A DNA stretch of 64,000 nucleotides from Planctomycetota bacterium (GCA_038227875.1 JBBRPR010000001.1:282364-346363); one strand, 5' to 3'; positions 48,102 through 57,944 are shown, counted from the first letter of the stretch. Program-made: numbers and translations. Notes: a model not told the origin generated them from the letters alone.

Positions 48102-48971
48102 ATGGCTGAATTGACTTCCACGGAGTTCACCCCCGTCGCCGACTTCTCCGGCGAGCGCCGCCGCCTCGTGTCCACCCCCGAACTCGTCGCCACGATCCAC
48201 GAACCTCTCACGCCGAGCAAAGGCCGCGTGATCCTCGTGCCTGGCTGGAGCGGCCCGCGCTCCGGTCCCGCGGATGTGCTCGCGTTTCTCGCCACCGAAC
48301 TGGCCACGAACGGCTGGACGGCAATCCGCTTCGACATTCCCGCGCGCGGTGATGCCGGCGGCGACCGCAACGCCATTGGCCTCGACGAGATGATCGCGGC
48401 TGCTCAACATGCCGCGGCGTACCACGCGGAATCCGGGGGCCGCACGTATTTTCTCGGCATGTGCTCCGGCGGAAACGTGTCGCTGGGTGCCGTGGCTATG
48501 CATCCCGAGCAGAACGTCGGCGTGATCGCCTTGTCGACGCTGCCGTTTCAGCCGGCGCGGTCGAAGGATTTCGAACGCCGCCGGACGTGGAAGAATCTCA
48601 AGCAATACGCCGCGAAAGCCGTCAGCCCCCGCACGTGGTCGCGCCTTATAAAGGGGGAGATCAACCTCGACCGCGTCAAGAAGAACGTCACCGCGACCGA
48701 AAAGCCCGCCAGCGGCGAACGGAATCTGAAAGACAGCGCCCGCGACATCGAATCCGAATTGCGCAGCTGGAAAGCCCCCGCGCTTTTCATTTACGGCAGT
48801 GGCGACGAAGAAGCCGCTTTGGCCCGCGCCCACTTCGAGAAACTCCACGCCTCCGGAATGGCCGCGCCCGGCAGCACGCGCTTCCACACGATCGAGGGAG
48901 CAAACCATAATTACTATGGTCGTGCCTGGCGCAATGAATTGGCGAGGAAGATCATTGATTTCCTGACGTAA
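48102..48971 (+). CDS. Alpha/beta hydrolase with Cys at the nucleophile elbow
   Basis: RFD...GD, GMCSGG, IYGSGD, GANH. Confidence 0.78.
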   Translation: MAELTSTEFTPVADFSGERRRLVSTPELVATIHEPLTPSKGRVILVPGWSGPRSGPADVLAFLATELATNGWTAIRFDIPARGDAGGDRNAIGLDEMIAAAQHAAAYHAESGGRTYFLGMCSGGNVSLGAVAMHPEQNVGVIALSTLPFQPARSKDFERRRTWKNLKQYAAKAVSPRTWSRLIKGEINLDRVKKNVTATEKPASGERNLKDSARDIESELRSWKAPALFIYGSGDEEAALARAHFEKLHASGMAAPGSTRFHTIEGANHNYYGRAWRNELARKIIDFLT

Positions 48972-48988
48972 TCCTGCGCGAGGTCTTG

Positions 48989-49221
48989 CTCTGTCCGGCT
49001 AAAAGTTGTCGGTGGTCGGTAGGGGGCGCTCGTTGAATTCAGAGTCTGATGTCGCGACAGATCGCGAACCCTGCTCAAAATCAATCCGGCTAAAAGTAGT
49101 CGGTAAAAAAGATCCGCGATGGCAGACGCTTTTCACCGACCACTTTTAGCCGGACAGAGACATCAGACGAGGATGCACTCCATTTCGGCAAGGCGTGAAA
49201 ACAACGAGCGCCCCCTACCGA
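48989..49221. repeat. Composite inverted-repeat element (A-B-C-A2-A'-C'-B')
   Basis: A 48989-49014 / A' 49134-49159; B 49016-49035 / B' 49202-49221; A2 49085-49104. Confidence 0.88.
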
Positions 49222-49282
49222 TTTTTGAAAACACTTCAATCAACGTCCGGCAAGGCATTCTGGCATACTCAGTAAGCCAGCC

Positions 49283-49942
49283 CTACTTGCGCTCGAACTC
49301 GATGCTCAGAGTCGGCGGCTGCACTTCCGGGTCCGGCGTCTCTTCCGTGCGCGCGGGCGTGTTCGTGCGGCGCGTGGCGACGTTGTCGTTTTCGTGATCG
49401 TCGGCGGTCGCTTCGTCTTTTGGCGATTCGTCCTTCGCCGGCGCGGCTGCGGCGGCTTCATCCGCATCGGGCGTGTACGGAAGATCCGGAACGATCAGCA
49501 CCTGGCCCGGACGGATACGGTCCTTCTGCGTCATGCGGTTGATCTCGGCGATCTTCGTGTAGTAGTCCGGCGTGCCGTAGTTCTTCTTGCTGATGCTCCA
49601 GAGCGTATCGCCAGATTCGACGACGTACGTGCGCTGACCCGGGCCGGGTTCGAGCTTCGCCTTCGGCTCGGACTTCGGCTTTGTCTCTTTGGTTTCCTTG
49701 ATCGGCGAGACGGCGACCGGCCCTTCGGTGCGCGTAGGCGTTGGCGCCGGAAGCGGCGCCGGCATCGGCGCGGGTGTAATCGCGGGCGGCGGATCCAATT
49801 TCGGAGCCGGCGGCGGTGTGCTCTTCAGGCCGATGTCCGCAGCGGACATCGATTTTTCTTCATGAGCGAAATTGGCGTAAAGAAGCAAGGCGATCGTCGA
49901 AAGCAGCAGGACGATCGCGACGCTGAATAGCGCGCGAAACAT
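49283..49942 (-). CDS. Membrane-anchored LysM domain protein
   Basis: N-terminal TM, YVVESGDTLWSISKKNYG...IRPGQVLIVP. Confidence 0.9.
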   Translation of the reverse strand: MFRALFSVAIVLLLSTIALLLYANFAHEEKSMSAADIGLKSTPPPAPKLDPPPAITPAPMPAPLPAPTPTRTEGPVAVSPIKETKETKPKSEPKAKLEPGPGQRTYVVESGDTLWSISKKNYGTPDYYTKIAEINRMTQKDRIRPGQVLIVPDLPYTPDADEAAAAAPAKDESPKDEATADDHENDNVATRRTNTPARTEETPDPEVQPPTLSIEFERK

Positions 49943-50006
49943 GTTGGACTCCCCCCCAAAACAGAAAACTAACAGCCCGTTGAAACTTCGATTCCGCCAC
50001 TATTCT

Positions 50007-50040
50007 CAGTGAAACGACAGGCAGTAATGTCGTTTCACTG
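50007..50040. promoter_or_regulatory. 13-bp perfect inverted repeat in a divergent promoter region
   Basis: CAGTGAAACGACA-N8-TGTCGTTTCACTG. Confidence 0.55.
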
Positions 50041-50232
50041 CGTCGGCCAAGAGGCCATCAACGGGATATTCCCCACCGGCAATTATCGGCGCCAGACGGA
50101 GCAGGCTTGAACGGAATCGCGAAAACGGCGACTTCAGAATTGTGAAATTTTTCGGAAAACTCATAGTGATTACGACCGAATAAGAGGTATGTTGAGTCTA
50201 GACGCATTGTGCATGCTTCCGGAAATTTCTTC

Positions 50233-50580
50233 ATGAAAGATTTGCTGATTGAACGCGTACCGGGCACCGAAAGCGGTGTGGTCGTGCTCCGTCTTTCCGG
50301 CGCTTTGGACGCGCACAACTTTGATGAAGTGGACAACACGTTTCAGGATCTGTTTGATGACGACATGTACAAGATCGTGCTCGACATGGAAGAAGTCTCG
50401 TATATGTCCTCGGCCGGTGTCGGCACGCTGGTCTCTTCGACCATGCAATGCAAAGAGAACGGGGGCAACCTCGTCCTCATCAAAATCTCCGACCGCCTGC
50501 GCGAAGTCCTCGGCGAACTCGGCCTGATCGACATTCTCTCGCACGCCGACGATCTTCAACCGGCGCTCGCAAAGTTTTAA
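50233..50580 (+). CDS. STAS-domain anti-sigma-factor antagonist
   Basis: LSGALDA, IVLDMEEVSYMSSAGVG, GGNLVL. Confidence 0.9.
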   Translation: MKDLLIERVPGTESGVVVLRLSGALDAHNFDEVDNTFQDLFDDDMYKIVLDMEEVSYMSSAGVGTLVSSTMQCKENGGNLVLIKISDRLREVLGELGLIDILSHADDLQPALAKF

Positions 50581-50724
50581 CGAGCGATAAGTAACTATAG
50601 TTACGAAGCTACTGTTCATTTTCCAACACCCCCTTCTACCTTTTAATTGATCTCGCATGGAATAAACTGCTGAACCTGTGCGTTGGTACTTTCGTACGTA
50701 CTCGTATGGGCTTAAACTGCTGCC

Positions 50725-52569
50725 ATGGCCACGACGACGGTCGAAGAGTCGCTGTACCAGAAGTTGACCAAGGTCGACGGCAAGCCGCAGCTTGCCTTGA
50801 GTTCCGTATTGATCGAATCGAAATTGTACGAATCACCGCTCGGCGTGGTTTTTCTCGGCAAGCATCAGGGACTGAACGTTCCCGTCGTCGTGCGGGTGAT
50901 GCATCCGCGCGTGCGCTCATTGCTGAAGGACTACAATAAATTCAAAGAAGAATCGCGCCGCTTAAGCACGATCCGCCATGCGAACATCGTCGGGTTGCTG
51001 GACCTCGGCGAATTTGAAGGCCATCATTTTCTCGTCCTGGAATACGCCGAAGGCGTGCCGTTGCTGGAGCGCATTAAAGACCGCCCATTAACGGAAGCCC
51101 AGGCGCTGGGACTGCTGATTCCTGTCGCCGAAGGCCTGGCCGAACTGTGGAAGAACGGTCTGGTTCACCGCGGCGTCAGCCCGTCGATCATTTTCATCGG
51201 CCGCGATGGCGGCGCGAAACTGGATCTCACCCCGCTGCGCCGCAACTATACCGATCCGCAGTTCAAAGCATCACTGGCCGCCAATCATGCGCCGTACTGG
51301 TCGCCGGAGGAGATCCGCAATCAGCCGATCGATCCCAGTTCCGACATGTGGAGTTTCGGCGCGACGCTTTACCACGCCGTGACCGGCAAGCTGCCATTTC
51401 CGCAGTCTTCCGGCGTCGGCCAGGCCAGCATGATGCTCGGCGATCCCGTCCCGCCGCGCGAAGCCAATCCGCTTCTGCACGAAGGCATGTCGCAAGTGCT
51501 GCAGAAACTGTTGAGCAAGAATTTCGAAGACCGCTTCCTGTCCGCCGAGGCGTTTCTCTCCTCGCTGCACAGCATTCAAAACCAGATCAGCGGCACGGGC
51601 ATTCACGAACCGACGATCATGGTCGCCGACGTCAACATGCGCGACGGTTCGCGAAAAAAGGACCTGCCGCATCTGGGCGTCGCCGATGTCGTCGGCAATT
51701 GCAAGATCGTGCGGAAGCTCGGCTCCGGCGCGTTCGGCGTGGTCTACCTCGGCCGCCACAAGGTCCTGGACATGGACGTCGCGGTGAAGCTGCTGCCGCT
51801 GGAATCCGCGTACCGCGACCCCACGTTCGTCGAAATGTTCCTGCGTGAAGCGCGCACCGCCGCGCGCATTCGCCACCGCAACGTCATCGGCATCTTTGAA
51901 GCTGGCGTCCAGAACGGGCAGCACTACATCATCATGGAACTCGCGCCCGGCGGCACGGTGCTGGAACGCATGATCCTCTACGGCGGCAAGCTGGCGCCGA
52001 GCATGGTTCAGCGCATCCTGCTGGAAGCAGCTCGCGGCCTGGCCGCGGCGGCACAGTTGAACATCATTCACCGCGACATCAAGCCGGACAATTTGATGTT
52101 CTCCGCCGACGGCGAAGTGAAGATCGCGGACCTGGGGCTTGCCAAGCGGCTCGTGCCGCCCAACGTGACCGAGACCATTCGCGCGTCGCTGGCCGCCGAT
52201 CAACTGTCGATGCGCAACGATCCGGGCATGCTCGCCGGCACGCCCGCGTACATGGCGCCCGAGATCGCCGCCGATCCCGAGCACGTCGACACGCGCGCCG
52301 ATTTGTACTCGCTGGGTGTTACCGGTTTTCACATGCTCACCGGCCGCCTGCCCTTCGACGGCAAGACGCCGATGGAAGTGATCATGAAGCACGTGCTCGA
52401 CGACCGCGTGCCGGTGAACGAGGTCGATCCGGCGATCCCGAAGGATCTCTCTGACATCGTTTTTAAGCTGATGCAGAAGCGCCCGGAGCACCGCTACCAG
52501 AGTGCCGCGGACCTGGTCAAGGCGCTGGAATATCTGAATGTTTCGGAAGGTTTGATGTCGACGTTCTAA
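50725..52569 (+). CDS. Soluble tandem pseudokinase plus Ser/Thr kinase
   Basis: Domain 1: VVVR/HRG/DLT/SPE; domain 2: GSGAFG, VAVK, HRDIKPDN, DLG, APE. Confidence 0.9.
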   Translation: MATTTVEESLYQKLTKVDGKPQLALSSVLIESKLYESPLGVVFLGKHQGLNVPVVVRVMHPRVRSLLKDYNKFKEESRRLSTIRHANIVGLLDLGEFEGHHFLVLEYAEGVPLLERIKDRPLTEAQALGLLIPVAEGLAELWKNGLVHRGVSPSIIFIGRDGGAKLDLTPLRRNYTDPQFKASLAANHAPYWSPEEIRNQPIDPSSDMWSFGATLYHAVTGKLPFPQSSGVGQASMMLGDPVPPREANPLLHEGMSQVLQKLLSKNFEDRFLSAEAFLSSLHSIQNQISGTGIHEPTIMVADVNMRDGSRKKDLPHLGVADVVGNCKIVRKLGSGAFGVVYLGRHKVLDMDVAVKLLPLESAYRDPTFVEMFLREARTAARIRHRNVIGIFEAGVQNGQHYIIMELAPGGTVLERMILYGGKLAPSMVQRILLEAARGLAAAAQLNIIHRDIKPDNLMFSADGEVKIADLGLAKRLVPPNVTETIRASLAADQLSMRNDPGMLAGTPAYMAPEIAADPEHVDTRADLYSLGVTGFHMLTGRLPFDGKTPMEVIMKHVLDDRVPVNEVDPAIPKDLSDIVFKLMQKRPEHRYQSAADLVKALEYLNVSEGLMSTF

Positions 52570-52611
52570 GTTTGGAATTTGGAATTCACTCTTTTTGAGG
52601 AGGAGCACTGC

Positions 52612-53052
52612 ATGTCCAAGGAATGTCCCGACCACCACGACGCCGAGCTGGTTTTGAGGCTCTACGATTTGCGCCGCGAAGCCGTGATGCGCGAATCCCG
52701 CAACGCGATCAACGCCAAGTTCTGGCCCAAGAGCTACGAGGACGCCGTCGCGATCACCAAGCCCGACCACCCACTCAACGCCGCCTTCCGCCAGACTTCC
52801 AGCTACTGGGAGATGGTCTACGGCATGGCCAAGCACGGCATCGTCCACGCCGATTACCTGACTGAGAACAACGGTGAAGGCCTGTTCCTGTACGCCAAGC
52901 TCCAGCCCTTCCTGGACCGTTTCCGCAAGGAAATGAATTCGCCGACCGCCTTCCAGAATGCCGAATGGATCACGAAGAATTGCGAAGAAGGCAAGCGCCG
53001 CTTCGAAACCATCCAGAACCGCGTCAAGAAGATGGCCGAGAATTTTAAGTAA
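52612..53052 (+). CDS. Conserved hypothetical protein (DUF4760-like)
   Basis: DAELVLRLYDLRREAVMRESR, SYWEM; strong GAGGAG RBS. Confidence 0.7.
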   Translation: MSKECPDHHDAELVLRLYDLRREAVMRESRNAINAKFWPKSYEDAVAITKPDHPLNAAFRQTSSYWEMVYGMAKHGIVHADYLTENNGEGLFLYAKLQPFLDRFRKEMNSPTAFQNAEWITKNCEEGKRRFETIQNRVKKMAENFK

Positions 53053-53074
53053 GCAGCACAGAGATCCGGAAAGC

Positions 53075-53107
53075 AAACTCGCCGCGAAAGCGGCGAGTTT
53101 TATTTTT
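53075..53107. terminator. Intrinsic terminator between convergent genes
   Basis: AAACTCGCCGC-gaaa-GCGGCGAGTTT followed by TATTTTT. Confidence 0.88.
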
Positions 53108-53131
53108 CAGTCCTCAGGCCTCAGGCCTGCG

Positions 53132-54913
53132 TTACATCTCGTCCGGCGCAGCCACGCCCAGAATTCCCAGCGCGTTGGCCAGTGTCTGGCGCACGGTGTC
53201 GACCAGCGCCAACCGTGCCAGCTTCAATTCCGGCGCGGAATCGATCACGCGGTGTTTGTTCAGGAAGTTCCCGAACGTGCTCGCGAAATCGAGCAGCCAC
53301 GTGGAGATCAACGACGGCTCGTAATCGTTGGCCGCCAGCTGCAGCACGCGCGGAAAACGCTCCATCGCCTTGGCGACTGCGACTTCCTCCGGTTCAACCA
53401 GGAGCGACAGATCCGCGCCGCTCAGCGGCTTGGTCGGGTCCGCGACCTTGCGCAGAATGCTGCACGCGCGAGCGTGGGTGTACTGCAGGTACGTGCCCGT
53501 GTCGCCGGACGGATCGGTCGCCTTATCCCAATCGAAGACGAAGTTGCTAGCGCGGCGCCGCGCTTGAATCCAGAAGACGATCGCGCCGACGCCGACGGCT
53601 TCCGAAACTCGGTCAGCCTTCTCGCCTGCGAGTTCGGCATTTTTCTCGCGCACGATCTCTCGGACCTTCACGACCATGTGGTCGAGCACTTCCTTCAGCG
53701 AAATCATGCGGCCGCCGCGCGTGCTCATCGCCTTCACGTCTTCGCCTTCTTTGATCTGCATCAGACCGAAAGCGACGTGCACGCAGTTGGCGCTCCACGC
53801 ATGACCGATCTTGGCGAGCGCCTTGAAGAGCATCTGCATGTGCTGGCTCTGCCGCACGTCGATGACGTAAATGTTCTTGGCGAAGTTGTAAGTCTTCTGG
53901 CGATACAGCGCCGCAGCCAGATCGCGCGTGGCGTAGATGGTGGCTTCGTCGCTCTTCAACAGAATCAGCGGCGGCTTGGGATCTTTGCCGGGCTTCGGCG
54001 GCCCGTCTTCCATCGGGATCACCAGCGCGCCTTCGCTCTCAACAGCCACGCCGGACGCTTTCAGTTCCGCCAGCAGCGGCTTGAGCATCGGTTCGTAAAA
54101 CGCTTCGCCGGCGTCGGAGTCGAACTTCACGCCGATGCGGTCGTATGAAAGCTGAAGGTAATCGAGCGTCTTGGTGCGCAGCCGCTGCCACAGCGCCCGC
54201 AATTCCGGATCGCCGTCTTCGAGCTTCTTGAAAAGTGCGCGCGCTTCCAGATCGATCTTCGGATCGGTTTTCGCCGCGTCGTTGATATCGATGTAGAGCT
54301 CGCAGAGGTAGTCGAGCCCGCGCGCCGCCAATTCCTTCTCGCGCACAACCGGATCCTGTTTCTGCCAGGCGAGGAACTGAAAGCCGCACTGCACGCCCCA
54401 GTCGCCGAGGTGGTTGACGCCGACGACGGTGTAGCCGAGCTTCCGGAAAATCCGGACCAGCGACGCGCCGAGAATGGTGCTCATCAAATGGCCCATGTGG
54501 AAGGGCTTGGCAATGTTCGGTGCGGAGTAATCGATGACGATGGTCTTGCCCTTGCCCTCATCGGTCGCGCCAAACGCGTCGCCGGCGGCGCGGACGTGCT
54601 GCAGGATCGAGGCGCAGAGCTTTCCCGGTTTCACGCGGATGTTGAGGAACGGGCCGGCGCCTTCGACTTTCTCGACGATCGCCGCGATCTCGGGATTGGC
54701 GTTGAGTTTCTCCGCCAGCGCCGTCGCCGCGGCCGGGGGCGGCAGCTTGTTCTGTTTGCCATAGGCGAAACAGGGAAACGCGTAGTCGCCCATTTCCGCT
54801 TTCGGCGGGTTGGTCAATTGAGTGCGGACGTCCTCGGCCGAAAGCCCGGAAGCGCTGGCGAGTCCCTGGATCAACGTCTGCAAAACGGAGTGTGGTGTCG
54901 CTGTTGTGCTCAT
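53132..54913 (-). CDS. argS: Arginine--tRNA ligase
   Basis: IDYSAPNIAKPFHMGH, NHLGDWG, YATRDLA, MSTRGG, YLQYTHAR. Confidence 0.97.
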   Translation of the reverse strand: MSTTATPHSVLQTLIQGLASASGLSAEDVRTQLTNPPKAEMGDYAFPCFAYGKQNKLPPPAAATALAEKLNANPEIAAIVEKVEGAGPFLNIRVKPGKLCASILQHVRAAGDAFGATDEGKGKTIVIDYSAPNIAKPFHMGHLMSTILGASLVRIFRKLGYTVVGVNHLGDWGVQCGFQFLAWQKQDPVVREKELAARGLDYLCELYIDINDAAKTDPKIDLEARALFKKLEDGDPELRALWQRLRTKTLDYLQLSYDRIGVKFDSDAGEAFYEPMLKPLLAELKASGVAVESEGALVIPMEDGPPKPGKDPKPPLILLKSDEATIYATRDLAAALYRQKTYNFAKNIYVIDVRQSQHMQMLFKALAKIGHAWSANCVHVAFGLMQIKEGEDVKAMSTRGGRMISLKEVLDHMVVKVREIVREKNAELAGEKADRVSEAVGVGAIVFWIQARRRASNFVFDWDKATDPSGDTGTYLQYTHARACSILRKVADPTKPLSGADLSLLVEPEEVAVAKAMERFPRVLQLAANDYEPSLISTWLLDFASTFGNFLNKHRVIDSAPELKLARLALVDTVRQTLANALGILGVAAPDEM

Positions 54914-54963
54914 GCAGTGTATATAATAGCCCCGCGCGCCGCATGCCAGTGGAGCCAAATGCA

Positions 54964-55050
54964 CTCATCCCTGCGTTGCGCGCGTCTAGGTCGGTGCGCA
55001 ACGCACGGATGAGCGGGCGTTTTCGCTACGCTCAAACGCCCGCGCATCCA
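54964..55050. repeat. Double-hairpin REP-like element between divergent argS and cutA
   Basis: TGCGTTGCGC..GCGCAACGCA and GGATGAGCGGGCGTTT..AAACGCCCGCGCATCC. Confidence 0.65.
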
Positions 55051-55081
55051 TGGCACAATGTCTCGCGATTGAAAGGTCCGC

Positions 55082-55414
55082 ATGAAACTGAAGAAAAGCA
55101 CCCTCCGCGTCATCCTCGTCACTGCTCCGGCCAAAGAAGCCGAGCCCCTCGCGCGCACATTACTTGAGGAGCGCCTGATCGCGTGCGCCAATCTCATTCC
55201 GAAAGTCACGTCGCTCTACTGGTGGGAGGGCAAGATCGAGCGCGGAGCGGAGACGCTGATCGTGATGAAAACCCCGCGCGCTCTGACGCGCAAACTCTTC
55301 GCGCGCTTGAAAAAACTCCACAGCTACTCCGTGCCGGAATTCCTGGCGCTCGCACCGCTCGAATCGAATCCCGATTACGAATCGTGGGCAATTCAATCCG
55401 TGCGCAAGAAGTAA
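55082..55414 (+). CDS. cutA: Divalent-cation tolerance protein CutA
   Basis: LEERLIACANL, SLYWWEGKI, HSYSVPE. Confidence 0.93.
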   Translation: MKLKKSTLRVILVTAPAKEAEPLARTLLEERLIACANLIPKVTSLYWWEGKIERGAETLIVMKTPRALTRKLFARLKKLHSYSVPEFLALAPLESNPDYESWAIQSVRKK

Positions 55415-55527
55415 CGGCAGCATATCGGTCGTGATTCAGCGCGCGCTTGCTCCTTGGCACACCCGCACGCCTCCGCGCGGGCGCGATGGAAAATCGAAAA
55501 TCACAAATGGAAAATGTCCGTCACTGT

Positions 55528-56775
55528 TCACTTTCCAACGACGACGCGCCCCCGCTTGATCACCGTCTTGATCGGACTTCCGCCGATGTGGTAGCCGAGA
55601 TGAAGATACGAGGGGCCTTTCAGGATGACGATGTCGGCGAGCTTGCCGGCTTTCAGCGAGCCGATTTCGTGTTCGCGGCGGATCGCGGCGGCGGCGTTGA
55701 TTGTGATTGCAACCAACGCTTCTGCCGGCGTCATCTTCATCTCGTAGACACTTAACGTAAACGCAAACGGAAGCGATTCGCCGTAACAATTGGGATTGAG
55801 GTCGCTGCCGACGGCAACGGGCACGCCGGCGGCAATAAAGCGCCGCGCTTCGGCGTACGCGACGCGCAGAACGAACGGTGTGCCGGGCAGCAGCACGGCG
55901 ATTGTGCCGGCCTGCTTCATCGCGGCGATGCTCGCGTCGTCAGTGAAGAGCAGATGATCGGCGGAGACGGCGCCGAGTTCCGCGGCGAGTTTCGCGCCTC
56001 CGAGCAGGCACATTTCGTCGGCGTGAACTTTGACGGTCAGGCCCGCGCGCTTGCCGGCTTCCAGCACGGCGCGCGACTGATCGACGCTGAAGATGCCCTT
56101 CTCGCAGAAGACATCGACGAATTCCGCGATCGTTGCCAGCCGCGGCGTCGCAGCGATGGCGTGAGCGACGAGTTCATCGGCCGTCATGCCTTCGGGCACG
56201 GCGTGGGCGAAGAGCAGCGTCGGCACGAGATCGATCGGATGGCGCGCGGGGCCGGAGTTCGCGTCGCGCAGGACTTCGAGCATCTTCCACTCGGTGACGT
56301 CGTCAAGCCCGTAGCCGCTCTTGGCTTCCATCGTGGTGGTGCCCAGCGCGAGGGCTGCGTCGAGCCGCTGACGCAAAGACGTCAGCAATTCCGAACGTGA
56401 AGCGGCGCGCGTCAGGCGCACGGATTTCAAGATGCCGCCGCCGCCGGCGAGAATCTCGCGGTACGTCTTGCCGCTGAGTCTCAGCGCGTACTCGTCGCTG
56501 CGGTCGCCGGCGTAGACCGGATGCGCATGGCAATCGACGAGACCCGGAATGACTGCGTGTCCCGTTGCGTCGATCACGTTGTCGGCCTTCGCCGCGTTCG
56601 GAAAGCGGGCCAGCACGTCGGCCATGGGGCCGGCCGCGACGATGCGTTCGCCGTCGCAAAACACAGCTCCACCGGCGATGGGTGTGATTGCAGACTGCCC
56701 GGTCCCGCATCGCGCCTGGTCCGGGCCGTCGACGGTAACCAACTCTGAGGCATTTCGAATCAGCAAAGTTGACAT
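55528..56775 (-). CDS. hutI: Imidazolonepropionase
   Basis: PGLVDCHAH, YREILAGGGGI, EAKSGYGL, DVFCE, HADE, ADHL. Confidence 0.93.
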   Translation of the reverse strand: MSTLLIRNASELVTVDGPDQARCGTGQSAITPIAGGAVFCDGERIVAAGPMADVLARFPNAAKADNVIDATGHAVIPGLVDCHAHPVYAGDRSDEYALRLSGKTYREILAGGGGILKSVRLTRAASRSELLTSLRQRLDAALALGTTTMEAKSGYGLDDVTEWKMLEVLRDANSGPARHPIDLVPTLLFAHAVPEGMTADELVAHAIAATPRLATIAEFVDVFCEKGIFSVDQSRAVLEAGKRAGLTVKVHADEMCLLGGAKLAAELGAVSADHLLFTDDASIAAMKQAGTIAVLLPGTPFVLRVAYAEARRFIAAGVPVAVGSDLNPNCYGESLPFAFTLSVYEMKMTPAEALVAITINAAAAIRREHEIGSLKAGKLADIVILKGPSYLHLGYHIGGSPIKTVIKRGRVVVGK

Positions 56776-57169
56776 GGAAAGTGTCCTTATAAGGTACGCA
56801 CTACGTTACGTACTGAGGTGCAAGTGTACATGGCCACGGGAACTTTTCCGCTTCCTCACTTTGTGCAACTTTATTTTCACGCTTACTGATCAAGGATCAA
56901 CGACACTAGAAAGGTGAATCCGGCAAGGGTTTCTGCACATGTGCTTAAAAAGTTGGAATATTTAAACGGTTTCAGTCGTATAACAGGAGTGACGAATCAT
57001 CTCTATGGAACTGTGTATGAAACGGAGGCGCGGTTGCGTATTGCAAAGTTTTGTGGGCACGAGGGTTGCTGTACCTTCGAAGGCTAAGCATTTTAATGAA
57101 AACTTAGCGTGATTTCGAAGCATTGGCGTATATAGTTTGGGCTGTGGGATGAAACAAGGGGGAGAGGCC

Positions 57170-57454
57170 ATGATGCTGCGACATTCGGATGGGTCGGTTT
57201 CGGCAGAAAATCAGGAGACTCCAGAGGTGGCGAAGAAGCGGCGGAGCAAGACGGCGGTACTCAGCGCCCGCAAGCCATCTGAACGGTTTATGCGCTCGCC
57301 AGTGCGCGCGAAATCGAAGGCGACCAACAGTGAGCGCCGCCATTTGGCTGATTTGACCAGCCGGCTGGACGCTGCTGAACCGGAAAACCCGGCCAACGAT
57401 GGTGCATCACGCTTTCCCAATTACCGCCCAGGACATGTTCGCCCGCCTCAATAA
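57170..57454 (+). CDS. Possible small basic hypothetical protein
   Basis: GGAGAGG RBS before ATGATG; no recognisable motif. Confidence 0.35.
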   Translation: MMLRHSDGSVSAENQETPEVAKKRRSKTAVLSARKPSERFMRSPVRAKSKATNSERRHLADLTSRLDAAEPENPANDGASRFPNYRPGHVRPPQ

Positions 57455-57494
57455 CGGGACGAACACAAAACGAGTGAAGGAATTGCATTTATTC

Positions 57495-57944
57495 ATGTCT
57501 GAATCTTTAATGAAACGAACATCAGTTAAATTGAACGCTGCCAGCGCGTCAAAAGGCGCGCCCACTGGCCCACGAGTTGCCAAAGTTCAACGCAAGGCAG
57601 CTCAGCCCGTAGTTGTGCAGCTGGAGCCAGAAATTTTAGCACAGGACATCGCAGGTATTTCAACCATGCAGCCCGAAACGATCGAACATATCATGGCCTC
57701 CAAAGCTCAGGAGCAGGCCACCAAGCAGGAACTCGTGGCCCCGCACGAATGGGCTTCGATGTTGAATGCCCCCGAGAACGAGTCCGAGGAACCCGCAGTC
57801 AGCGTCCCCGGCGTAGTGAGTGAAGAAGCCAATGAGCTCGACGCTGCCGATGAGCTTTGGGAGCGCCTCTCCAGCACCCGCTGGATCAAGGATCCGCCCA
57901 ACGATATTTATAATCACACGACGGTGGCCAATCGTCCGAAGTGA
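57495..57944 (+). CDS. Hypothetical protein (acidic, probably disordered)
   Basis: Open frame 57399..57944; start uncertain. Confidence 0.5.
   Translation: MSESLMKRTSVKLNAASASKGAPTGPRVAKVQRKAAQPVVVQLEPEILAQDIAGISTMQPETIEHIMASKAQEQATKQELVAPHEWASMLNAPENESEEPAVSVPGVVSEEANELDAADELWERLSSTRWIKDPPNDIYNHTTVANRPK

Noticed and set aside
48989..49159. CCGGCTAAAAGT repeats as a CRISPR array
   Set aside because: Three copies, one inverted, irregular spacing
50007..50040. parS site
   Set aside because: Half-sites GTGAAAC and GTTTCAC are in reverse order and separated, unlike GTTTCACGTGAAAC
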